A DNA stretch of 64,000 bases, from the NCBI GenBank assembly GCA_951406725.2, contig OX597838.1:15314001-15378000 (forward strand). The letters are read 5' to 3'. Of this stretch, positions 1 to 11,349 are shown one piece after another. Positions within the stretch are counted from its first letter, which is position 1. Each line of letters begins with the position of its first letter. Position numbers and translations under genes: made by a program. The stretch is from Octopus vulgaris. Its lineage: Eukaryota. The notes beneath the pieces were generated by a model. That model was not told the origin of the DNA and searched no databases. It was given only the letters and a program-made list of their open reading frames with translations.

Positions 1-310
1 TACGATTCTTTATGCTTGAAGGAAAAAAAGATTGTCACTGCAGCTGGAACACCTTTCCACAGTTTAAGTGGGGTTAAGGAAAAGTGACCGCGGCTAAAAT
101 AAATTAAGAAAGAGAGGGCATCTGGTTACACAATAAGTAATTCACATATTCCAACAAGAAAACTGCAGCGCAAATATAATTTTTGCCTCCTCCTCAAAGT
201 TTCGCTTTTCACCAAAACAATTCCGTGTTTTATATTTTCGCTTCAGTTTGACACTCACATATAATAGATATTCATAGAAAAGATAGGAACTTAAGAAGAA
301 AATAAGGCAT

Positions 311-1110
311 AGTTTCGGTTGTAGTAGCACAGATTTCCGTCGATTTCCGTAAAAAACTTTTATTTTTTTACATAAGTAATGAGAGCGAAAGAGACTAAGA
401 GGAAGCGATTTTACGACGAGAAGGTTTCACTTTGAAGTCGGCCTGTGTGTGTTTGATGGGGTGTGGGAGACAGACAGTATGTTGTGTAAGTGAAGTGCTT
501 CTGTTAGTGTGTGTGAAGAGACAGACATACATATACACATACACCGAGTAAAAAATTACTATGAATCGGCCATACATACATACATACACACACACACATA
601 CATAGATACATACACACACACACATACATACATACATACACACACACATACTTACACACACACACACACATAGATACATACACACACACACACATACATG
701 CAGACATACATATACACATACACCGAGTAAAAAATTACGATGAATCGGCCATACATACATACATACACACACATACTTACACACACACACATACATAGAT
801 ACATACACACACACACACACACATACATGCCTACATACATATACACATACACCGAGTAAAAAATCAGTTATCTCTCTCTTTCACACATTACTCTCTCTGT
901 CTCTTCGCACACACTAACAGAAGCACTTCACTTACACAACATACTGTCTGTCTCCCACACCCCATCAAACACACACAGGCCGACTTCAAAGTGAAACCTT
1001 CTCGTCGTAAAATCGCTTCCTCTTAGTCTCTTTCGCTCTCATTACTTATGTAAAAAAATAAAAGTTTTTTACGGAAATCGACGGAAATCTGATCTACGAC
1101 ATGCGAAACT
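311..1110. repeat. Long inverted repeat (~195-bp near-perfect arms 330-525 / 897-1091, degenerate extension to 311/1110) around a CA/CATA-rich tandem spacer
   Basis: CAGATTTCCGTCGATTTCCGTAAAAAAC...GAAGAGACAGA is the reverse complement of TCTGTCTCTTC...GTTTTTTACGGAAATCGACGGAAATCTG. The spacer holds three copies of CATATACACATACACCGAGTAAAAAAT. Confidence 0.9.
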
Positions 1111-2748
1111 TCGCCGAAAATAATTTTAGAGTAAGAATTGATAAAGATGAAGGCGGCTCACAAGCAAAGAAGAATTCATCTAAAAATCGCTAGCTCAGAT
1201 GAAAGTATGCTTCAGGTTGAAGCATACAATAGCCGAGACATCACATATTAACATCGATCAGAAGTCCGAAACTTGTGATAGGGAGCAGCAGATATGATCT
1301 GTTATAGATGCTCAACAAAGAATTACATTTTTGCGTTTAACATAGCAAATGTAACACCTAGAAAGAAATCTGGCAAATTCTTGATTGATTCTATTTGTTG
1401 TGCTTCAGGTGCTGATTAATTTAAGGATTGTTCCTGTGAATGATCAAACATAAACATAGAGAATTTTTAAAAAGGGATTATATGATTTGCAACTAATTCT
1501 GACAGGTCAGGCGAACTTGAAGTTTTGTAATTAATTATTAAAGGGTCGCAGAACGAAAACTAAAACAAAAAAGGTAAGAAAAAAAGTAGGCGGAAGTGCG
1601 AAAAAGTGAAATTAAGTGTCGGGCGAAAAGCAATTGATTTGGGCGAAGTGCGGGACAGTATTAGATTTTAAATTACAATGTATAGAGACAAACCTAGGAT
1701 CGAAATGTTTATTGATCGAAGACTCGATGCGTCGGTTTCATGATCTATAAATCTAAAATCTAACTATAAATCTATAAATCTAACTGTAAAAACAACAAAG
1801 TATAAAGACCCACAAATAAACAGAACAATTATGTCTTTCGCTTGAAAGAAGCGATGGATGTAGACAGGAGAAAAAAAAATTACCAAAGAAGAAGTAAAGT
1901 TGATAGTTGATGGAATACTGAATACCTACATTTTCAGGGAAATTTTAATTAAAACAAAAACTGAAGCAATCAAGAAATTAAAAGAAAGTTGAAAATGTCA
2001 AAAAAGATTAAAATGTCGAAATAGAATTAAAGGAAAGATAACTCATTTGGCCCATGTAAGTGTGTGTGTATGTGTGTATGTATATGTGTACGTCGAGTGT
2101 TGCGTGCAAATGTGTATATATATATATGTGTGTGTGTGTGTGTACTTATATTGCAGTATGAGTTAGAAATGGTGTAAAGAAACGTATCAAAAAGCTTTAT
2201 ATATGACAGACTGCAGTTCCGCGCGTTATATTATTTACCTGTGTGTCGTTCTGGCAGGCAGAGCTATTCTTCAACCTTTGGTCAAATAGACACACACATA
2301 TGGAGAGAGAGAGAGAGAAAGAATGAGCGTGTGGATGTTTAACGTTGAGTCTTTCAAAGGTTTTTCACTTGTTTACGCAAACGAACGAAGATGAAAGCAA
2401 AAATACGAATTCGTCAAAACATATTTTTCCCCCATTCCCACCATCAACCGTTTTAATGTTGGAGCGAAGAGTGGGAATAGTAAGAGAGAGAGGTGAAGTA
2501 GAGGGAGTTTAAACATAGAGAAAGGAGCAATGATCGTGAGTGAGTGAATGAGTGAGATAGAAAAAGAGGGAGTGGAGCTAGTAGTGAAAGTGATTGGGTT
2601 TTGATAGATGGATTATGGAAAAAAAGTGGAGTGTGAGAGAGATGGAAGGGATAAAGCGAAGGGGGAAAAAAATCGGAGGATGAAAAGAAAATGTAAAAAC
2701 AGAAGTAGAGCATGTGGCAAGAGGGAGGGATGAAGGAGAAAAGAACGA

Positions 2749-2991
2749 GGTACTACAAGCGAAAAGTGGTCCCGGTGCGCGCACTTGCGCGTCCTCGCTA
2801 GCTAGTTGTAAAGTAGTCGATCCTACAATTTTTAAAACTAAGTAAATAAATTAATTATTTTTATAAACAAACTAGGGTTAGGGTTAAAAAATTAGGGTTA
2901 GGTTTAGGGTTAAAATGTCGTTGTAGGATCGACTACTTACGACTAGCTAGCGCGAGTGCGCACACCGGGACCAATGTTCGCTAGTAGTACC
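2749..2991. mobile_element. Mutator(MULE)-like MITE with ~75-bp TIRs, 9-bp TSD and internal TTAGGG repeats
   Basis: TIRs GGTACTACAAGCGAA...GATCCTACAA and TTGTAGGATC...TTCGCTAGTAGTACC. AAAGAACGA occurs at both 2740-2748 and 2992-3000. Confidence 0.8.
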
Positions 2992-3488
2992 AAAGAACGA
3001 TAACTATCACACAGTTTTATTTGTTTCTCAGAGACGACTTGTCTTTCTATAAGACGAGAAGGAATTAACTTCTTAGTGCAGTCGTTGTCCGAGACGTCCA
3101 GTTTCGCATAGCACTTCCGCCAGTTGTCATTTTTTTTTTTTTCTTTTTGTTCAAAAGTACGATTAATGTGTGTGTTTTTTGAAATGCTTAAGTATCACAA
3201 CTTCTCTCGTTTCTTTCATTTTTCCCACAACACCCACATAATAAATTTTCTGAAGTTTCGTGTCTATATAAGGAGATACAAAAGTTAGTGGAGTGGAAGA
3301 ATAAAATAGTGTCAGTGTTGAGTTACGGCCCTTCACATTTTGAGTTCAAATACTTTTGGTTTTCAGCCTTGCAGGGTGGATAAAAATATAACACGAGTCA
3401 AGCAGTGTGAGGTCGATTTAATCGATCATACACCCTACCCACAAAATTTGCAGCGATCTGCTAATGTTTGAAATCTATAGATGTTAAT

Positions 3489-3692
3489 TTAATGATTAAC
3501 TTTTTCAGTCTTATACATCCCATGGGATGGGTTATAATACAAATTACGAATTTGATCAAGCATACTCTGAGATATCAGGAGACTCTTTGATCCGGGTACA
3601 ATGGACCCGCCCTCTTGCAGGTCTTGCACGATAACAGTATCACATTTTTTTCTCAACCTTAGTACTTCATTTAATTCTTCTCTCACCATCAT
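3489..3692 (-). CDS. Candidate coding exon of an unidentified gene (MMVREELNEVLRLRKKCDTV...)
   Basis: Non-repetitive 67-aa ORF with protein-like composition. No family recognised and splice signals are weak. Confidence 0.25.
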   Translation of the reverse strand: MMVREELNEVLRLRKKCDTVIVQDLQEGGSIVPGSKSLLISQSMLDQIRNLYYNPSHGMYKTEKVNH

Positions 3693-4713
3693 GACACAAA
3701 AACAACGGTGACATTATTTAAAATAGTTATTTATATATGTGTGTAAACTTGTGGACGTGTGCACACACGCACTAACACATTTGATCTAACACGCTATCGT
3801 AAAGATGTCATTTGGAAGATGACTAGAGCTTATATATAGTTGTTATTCAATGTATATTTTTTTCATGGGAGATAGAAGGTAAATAGCAAAATATATCTTT
3901 TATTCCACCTCCATATTGGTTCTTAATATATATGAAGGTGGAATATTAAACTTTACACCACATTACCTGAAAAATCATGTCATGGCAAAAACTAATAGTT
4001 GTAATATAAAAACAGAATATTTCCTTATTAATTATGAGTAGATCTATATACATATATGCATACATACTTAATACAGACAACATATACTCAATATAAAACA
4101 CAGGAGAAAACTGCCTAAATATACACTATTTTGTATTGAGAATATGTTGTCTATTGACTTTTTATACATGCTAGGCCACTACCCTATATTTACATAAATA
4201 ATTTAGGTAGTTAGGATAAATCCCAGCTATTTCTTCTTGAAGCACATTTTATTCAATTATTACAATCCAATATGTGGTGACAGCTGCTGCTTTATATTAG
4301 TTAAAATTACATATTAAAATTGAGAATTATGGAAATATTATTTGACGAGTTATTGTATAACTATACAGGGAAAGTGGAAATATTTTGGTATTTGTTCTTC
4401 TCTATTACATATCTTTCATTTGCTAATAGGAATTTAAAAGTTTTACATATTAGATAGCAACATATGTGTTTGCTTGTATATCTCTCTTTCTCTTTCCTTC
4501 ACCTGGATTATTTGCATTGCTCCTGATTGCTATAAACACTGCATCCAAATGTAAAATTTATATCATAATTTTTTTCTCTGTCTGAAAAATGTTTAATAGG
4601 AAATTCCTTCTATATCTATCTAACATGTAAAACTTTGGAATTCCTATTAGTAAATGATATTTGTGTAATGGAGAATAAATAATACCAAAAAATTTCCACT
4701 TTCCTGTTTTGTG

Positions 4714-4786
<73 letters not shown>

Positions 4787-4810
4787 ATATATATATATAT
4801 ATGTGTATGT

Positions 4811-5198
4811 AGGAGTGGCTGTGTGGTAAGTAGCTTGCTTACCAACCACATGGTTCCGTGTTCAGTCCCACTGCGTGGCACCTTGGGCAAGTGTCTTCTA
4901 CTATGGCCTAAGGCCGACCAAAGCCTTGTGAGTGGATTTGGTAGACAGAAACTGAAAGAAGCCCATCGTATATATGTATGTGTGTGTATATGTTTCTGTG
5001 TCTGTGTTTGACCCCCGCCCCAACATCGCCTGACAACCGATGCCGGTGTGTTTACGTCCCCATAAATTAGCGGTTCGGCAAAAGTGACCGATAGAATAAG
5101 TACTAGGCTCACAAAGAATAAGTCCTGAGGTAGATTTGCACTACTTAAGGCGGTGCTCCAGCATGGCCATAGTCACATGACTGAAACAAGTAAAAGAG
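4811..5198 (+). mobile_element. SINE family A (~390 bp, tRNA-like head, central TA/TG tract, AAAGAGT tail)
   Basis: Starts AGGAGTGGCTGTGTGGTAAG and ends CTGAAACAAGTAAAAGAG. At least 9 related copies in the window. Confidence 0.85.
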
Positions 5199-6069
5199 CA
5201 GTGAGAATATTCTACAATCACCAAAGTCGCAATTCACTGGAATGTTGCCCACATGATCAATGAATCTGACCAATTGCGACTTCACCTGGAAGAAATATTA
5301 CCCATGTGATCAACAAATCTGGCCAATCACATGTAGAATAGGCTCCAGCGACCAATATCAACTTTTGGCACCTTCCTTTCTAAACCTCTCAATCGATATA
5401 AAATGACACACGCATGCAACACCAAGCAGAGATATTTGCAATGTACGAAGACAATACATATTTCTTTATTACCCACAAGGGGCTACAAAGACAATACAGC
5501 AGACAGATTTCCAGTGACAGCAACACAGAGCTGAATTTCAACACAATGAGCTATCCACTGCAAGACAACGACCAGCAGCAACTTTGCAAATACTATTATA
5601 ATAGCATCCAAATTCTCTCACTGTTTATTGTAATACTATTTCAATGACATCCAAACTCTCCCAAAATTTGTCCTAATATTATGACAATAACATTCAAATT
5701 CACTCAGCAAGACACAAAATTACAACAGATTTTGTCATTTTCTTCTATGTACAACTGTTGACTCCCAGTGCTAGAAATAACAGCCAGCTTGCAACATCAG
5801 CAGTCATATACAACTTCTAGCAGTTATCAAATCAGCTCAAGTACAACTGATATCAACATGTTTAGCAACCGAAAAATCAAAGGAAGGCCATTGGAAAACC
5901 AATTATAGCAACGATTCCATCAATTCCTAGGGATATCTGAAGAAGAAATTTTATTCCGAAATATATCAGACTATGAAAGATTAAATTACAACAGTTATTA
6001 TAGTGCATTGTTGTGTCATTCAAAATATTTTATTCTTTATATATATATGTATGTGTGTGTATGTAAATA

Positions 6070-6275
6070 GTTGTTGTGACCCCCTTCGGTCATGAATGAC
6101 CATGGGATTGCACCTAGAAAGTTACCTTCTGAGGCACAAGTCTGGGCAAGGTTGTTTATGGAAGACCAGCAGTTGCCCATGCATACCAGCCTTCCCTGTC
6201 TACGCCACCGATGTTATCTAAGGGAAAGACAAAGGCCGATACAGCTTGGCACCAGTGACGTCACAGCTCATTTAT
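6070..6275 (-). mobile_element. 3' body and tail of a cephalopod SINE (Ceph-domain-like)
   Basis: Minus strand reads CACTGGTGCCAAGCTGTATCGGCC...CCCATGGTCATTCATGACCGAAGGGGGTCACAACAAC. Recognised from memory of cephalopod repeats. Confidence 0.55.
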
Positions 6276-6279
6276 TAAC

Positions 6280-6894
6280 ATGCAAGTGGCTGAACACTCC
6301 ACAGACATGTGTACCCTTAACAGGGAGATTCAGCGTGACACAAAGTGTGACAAGGCTGGCCCTTTGAAATACAGGTACAACAGAAACAGGAAGAAAGAGT
6401 GAGAGAAAGTTGTGGTTTCTATTGTTTGTTCCTTCTGGAGTCACACCTGGCTCTTGAGAGCCGGTTTCCTGGTTTCCTTCGCATATAGGGTCCCCATCTG
6501 GACGGGACGCCAGTCCATCGCAGGTGAGCTGCAAGATGCAGGAGGAAAGAGTGAGAGAAGGCTGTGGTGAAAGAGTCAGCAGAAGTTCACCATTACCTTC
6601 TGCTGGAGCCATGTGGAGCTTAGGTGTTTCGCTCATAAACACACACATCGCCCGGTTTGAGATTCGAATCCACGATCCGTCGACCGCGAGTCTGCTGCTC
6701 TAACCACTAGGCCATGTACCTCCGCTAGAAAGTTGTGGTGAAAGAGTACAGAAGGATTCACAACCAACCCCTGCCGGAGCCTTGTGGAGCTTTAGGTGTT
6801 TTTGCTCAATAAACACAATGCCCGGTCTGGGAATCAAAACCGTGATCCTACAACCACGAGCCCACTGCCCTAACCACTGGGCCATTGCACCTTC
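6280..6894 (-). mobile_element. Cluster of three SINE family B pieces, including a copy (6421-6723) with a V-domain-like tail
   Basis: Shared GGCCCAGTGGTTAG tRNA-like head and CACCACAACTTTCTCTCACTC body. The tail contains CTGCGATGGACTGGCGTCCCGTCCAG. Confidence 0.75.
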
Positions 6895-7301
6895 ACATAC
6901 ATGAGGATGTAGAAATGGTTTGAGATGACAGAAGTAATGGGGTAGGAGGATTGCCATTTGCAAAATGAAAGTGGTGTACAGGTGAAAGGGGTGTTCAGTG
7001 AAAAATAAGGAGGTGAGGGATGATATTGAAAGTGAGTGAGAAAAATGAAATCGTTCCAGAAGGGTGGGCTGTAGAGGTAGGGAATGAAGTATGTGCAGTT
7101 CCATTCTCATAATTACAACAGCAGAGTGAGTAGTATCATGGTTAGGAGAGTAATGGAGGGATGAGTGTTAGGAAGATGAGTTGTGGGACAGACTGGGTGT
7201 TAAGAAGTGGGATGCTGGAGATGGAAAGTTTGTGAAGGACAGATTGAGTGCAGGGTCATAGATGTACGGAACATGTTTTTAGGGCCATATTTTGCTTAGA
7301 T

Positions 7302-8006
7302 CAGTGGTTCTCAACCACTTTTCCCTATGGACTCCTTTGATTATTATTCTACTCTGGTGGACCCCCAAAGCCATTCAATGTCTAAAAATTATTATTTTGC
7401 TCTTCACACGTGTGTAGGTTGATCTATGTAAAAAAAGGTTAGAGAAAGAAAACTAACTGTTTCTTGCAATAAATACATCCTAAGTCAAATTTTGTTTTCA
7501 AGGACCCTTACAATACTACTGTAGGTCCCAAATTTACTATTTTGCTTGTGTGGACCCTCAAAAATCTTTTATGGATCCCCAGATGTTATGGAAATGGAAG
7601 CACTCCGTCGATTATGACGATGAGGGTTCCGGTTGATCCGAATCAACGGAACAGCCTGCTCATGAAATTAACGTGTAAGTGGCTGAGCACTCCACAGACA
7701 CGTGTACCCTTAATGTAGTTCTCGGGGATATTCAGCGTGACACAGAGAGTGACAAGGCCAGCCCCTTGAAATACAGGTACAACAGAAACAGGAAGTAAGA
7801 GTGAGAGAAAGTTGTGGTGAAAGAGTACAGCAGGGATCACCACCATCCCCTGCCGGAGCCTCGTGGAGCTGTTTAGGTGTTTTCGCTCAATAAACACTCA
7901 CAACGCCTGGTCTGGGAATCGAAACCTCGATCCTATGACCACGAGTCTGCTGCTCTAACCACTGGGCCATTGCACCTCCACTCCCAGATGCTATATAGAA
8001 CCACTG
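7302..8006. mobile_element. hAT (Charlie-like) non-autonomous element interrupted by a SINE
   Basis: Termini CAGTGGTTCT...AGAACCACTG. The 8-bp flanks GCTTAGAT/GCTTGAAT match 6/8. Related partial copies at ~53135-53460 and ~42533. Confidence 0.75.
7590..7980 (-). mobile_element. Full-length SINE family B nested in the hAT element
   Basis: Head GGAGGTGCAATGGCCCAGTGGTTAG and tail ...GACGGAGTGCTTCCA. Flanked by CCCAGATG(T/C)TAT duplication. Confidence 0.85.
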
Positions 8007-8104
8007 GCTTGAATAAAGTTAACCACCAATCATTGTAGTCTTTTGTCATCTCCCCATGGAGCTCAACAGTCACATGTTACTACTTCATTACACATCTACA
8101 TGTT

Positions 8105-8272
8105 TCATCCACATTTAGTGATGGGCACTTCTTTATGTGCTGTCCTCATCCATGTGCATCACATGACCACACCAGTACAGTCTTCTCTCTTACACACTAC
8201 ATCAGATGTCTCTTATGCCTAATTTTTCTTTCAACACACTTGCACTTTGACATACAAGCACACTGACATATG
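8105..8272 (-). mobile_element. Degenerate RTE-clade LINE fragment
   Basis: Minus-strand translation SASVLKEKLGIRDI*CSV*ERRLYWCGHVMHMDED matches the RTE C-terminal RRLxWxGHV motif. Confidence 0.7.
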
Positions 8273-8329
8273 ACTGTTTGTGCGCATATTCATACACACC
8301 CCACCTACACACACTCTCTCTCCCGCATG

Positions 8330-8537
8330 ACCCTTCTGTCTGGCATTCGCCACAATAGATCGCTAGCCACTACACATTCTTTATTTTCTCTCCTTGTTTC
8401 TTTCTGTGTTCCTTTCTGTGGAAGAGCGTAGGCTCGAAACGTTAAAGACTTTTTTCACTTCCCGAGTGTTATAATAATACATCTGTTTGTTGTCCACACT
8501 ACATGTCTTCATCTTTTGTTTTTTTTGTGACTTACCC

Positions 8538-8583
<46 letters not shown>

Positions 8584-8745
8584 GGAAAGTTTACGAAAAT
8601 AAACAAAAGACGAAGGCAGGTGGAGTACAAACAAACAAATGTATTATTATAGTATAGCGCTCAGGAATAGAAAAAGTCTTTAACGTTTCAAGCCTACGCT
8701 CTTCGACAGAAAAATACACAGAAAAAAACAAGGCGAGAAAAAAAA
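8330..8745. mobile_element. Inverted pair of family F (Penelope-terminal-repeat-like) elements around (TA)n
   Basis: + copy 8330-8540 and - copy 8581-8745 share GAAGAGCGTAGGCT(C/T)GAAACGTTAAAGACTTT. Further copies at 10930-11075(-), 43490-43640(-) and 43790-43910(+). Confidence 0.7.
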
Positions 8746-9934
8746 TATATATATACATACGTATGCACATACACACACACATTCACACTCACACACATAC
8801 TACAATAATCTATATCATATCTTAATACGATATTATATAATTTATTATTACTCATACGTACACATGCATACGTATTCATACATGTATACTTATGTGTGAA
8901 CGCATGTGTGTGTATGTGTGCAAATCATTTTTTGCTTCTGTTCATATACTTATTTTATAACACACACATACACACACACATATTGACTTGTGGATGGAAC
9001 AAACATAATGAAGTGACATGTGACTACTAAAGACGTCTTTCAGTCGAAGTAACTCAAGCTTAACATAATCTGAAGAATTTATGTATTAGAATATTTTGAT
9101 GAAAGCATCTGTAACAGACCATAACTGGTTGTCAGTGTGAGTTATGGAAGGACAATGGCGCAGCATTTTCTTTCTTCTATTTATGGCTTTTTTAAAAATT
9201 ATTTTTTTATTTTCTTTTATGTTAATAAAGTCAGTACACTTGGAAAAAAAAACATACTTTGTATATTTGTTAAGTTTGTTATGCATACACCAGCAGTAGT
9301 ATTAGTAGTGGTTATTGTTCAGTACTAGGTCAAACCCGGTCAAACAGATCTATGATCCAACTGTGAACATCCCATCTATTCTTTATGCCCAGTAAAATCA
9401 TGACCACATTACCCAATGTCTTTTTCTATAACTGTAGAGTGTGACTTGAGAAAGATTTGGTTGCTATTTCTAACAGTCAACCAACTACTTCTGGTACTTC
9501 AAGTATCGTTGGCTTGAAATACCAACAGTTGTAATATAAAGTAGAAAAAGAAAGCAATGGTCCTATATGAGAGTCATGATATGCTAGAAATAGAAGTCAA
9601 AACTCCTTGAAAACCCACTGAAATTCAGGCACCAAATGGTCAAGTGTTGCTATTGTTGTTAAACCCTAAGTATAAATAAACCAATGTGAGAGCTTCAACA
9701 TGCTAGAAATAGCAGTAAAAAGCCATGAAATCAAACCAAAAATACAGGTGCCAGAGGATCAAGTGTTGTTATTGTTTTTGTTTAATCCACAAGTGAAATA
9801 TGATCTTTGGATGTGGAGTTTCACAGCGGTAGTGACAAGTGACCAAGTCTGTTGGCGATTTGCTGGGCTTGAGAAGGCATGTCAAGCTTAGTGAAATCGT
9901 AATTGTGACTAGTGCTGATGCCATGTTAAAGGCA

Positions 9935-10092
9935 CATTATTTACATTATTTACATTAGATGGATATGCATCCTCATCTTCTTTGTTGTTTACCACAATGT
10001 TTCGGCTGATTTACTATCCAGCCTTCATCAGGTGTCCGGGTAGAATTTTGAACTCAATCCTGGGTTCTCATTCCTAAGGAATTTTTTGCTGA

Positions 10093-10126
<34 letters not shown>

Positions 10127-10190
10127 TATTGAAGGCACTGCCTGGAATTGAGCTCGGAATCTTGGGGTTAGTAACCCGTGCTCTTAACCA
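9935..10190 (-). mobile_element. tRNA-headed SINE-like element carrying a minimal hammerhead motif
   Basis: Minus strand: TGGTTAAGAGC (A-box part), GAGCTCAATTCC (B-box-like), (AAT)n, then CTGATGA-A-GGCTG...CAGCC-GAAAC, and tail (AATGTAAAT)n. The same head occurs at 13255-13330(+). Confidence 0.65.
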
Positions 10191-10883
10191 TTTCATAGTG
10201 GTTAAGAGCACAGGCTACTAACCCCAAGTTTGAATCTTTAGTGCCTGAATTTCAGTGTGTTTTCAAGGAGTTTTGACTGCTACTTCTAGCAAATTGTATT
10301 GTTCTAAGAAGCCATTGTGATGTGAAATTTGAAGTTAAATAGCTGCAATTGGGAACTGAAACTGGATAGTTAGCACAACTTTCTCTGAGAGACTAACTTT
10401 GTTCTGCTGAAAGTTCTTTTGTTGAGCTCTAATCTAACAGACCCATGATCAAAGGCATTCCACCCATGACCATCACTTTTTATTTCAGATATAGTTTGTC
10501 TTAGACTGTTATCTGATATGCACCTACCCAACATTTTTTTTTTAAATTTAAGGACAATAGTGTGATTTGGCTACTATTCCTAGCAGGTCATGTGATTGCT
10601 TAGTGGATTCACCATTGGTCTCTATGCTACTAAACTATCAGTTGTTCCTCTTCATAAAACAAATGTGTTAGTGACTGAGTATTCCAACAGACATGTGTAT
10701 CCCTAGCATAACTCCCAGGTCAAATTAGTGTGATACAATGCAACACAGAGCCGGACCTTTAAAATACAGGTTGAATCCAGAGACAGAGAGACAGAGAGAA
10801 GAAGCAACTCCCTAGTAGTGACTGGGACTTCAATTATTGATCCCCAAAAGAGGCAAAAGGCAATTTGAAGTCATAAGTATATA

Positions 10884-10931
<48 letters not shown>

Positions 10932-11074
10932 ATGAAGATAGATGTGTAAACAACAAACAGGTGTATTAGTTTAATGCTCAGGAAGGTGAGAAAGTCTTTT
11001 ACATTTCGAGTCTATGCTCTTCAACAGAAAGGAACATGAAAAAAAGAAAGCTTTAGTAGCTAGCGGTCAATCAA

Positions 11075-11116
<42 letters not shown>

Positions 11117-11349
11117 TCGTGTGTGTGTGTGAGAGTTTGTGTGTGCCCTTATTTTGATACCATATGATGATTGTAAATGAATATTGTTTGCTTCCAGTCT
11201 GCCATGGAAATCTTGCCTGGCCATCAGGGAAACACTACCTTGCTAGGAAACAAGCAAGGTTTGGCAACAAGAAGGGCATTCAACCTTGGAAAAATATGCC
11301 TCAACAAATTCCATATGAGTTGTGCAAGCACAGAAAGTGAACACTAGAA

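Noticed and set aside
2873-2912. Telomere or telomere-fusion site
   Set aside because: Only a few imperfect TTAGGG units, inside a TIR element with a TSD.
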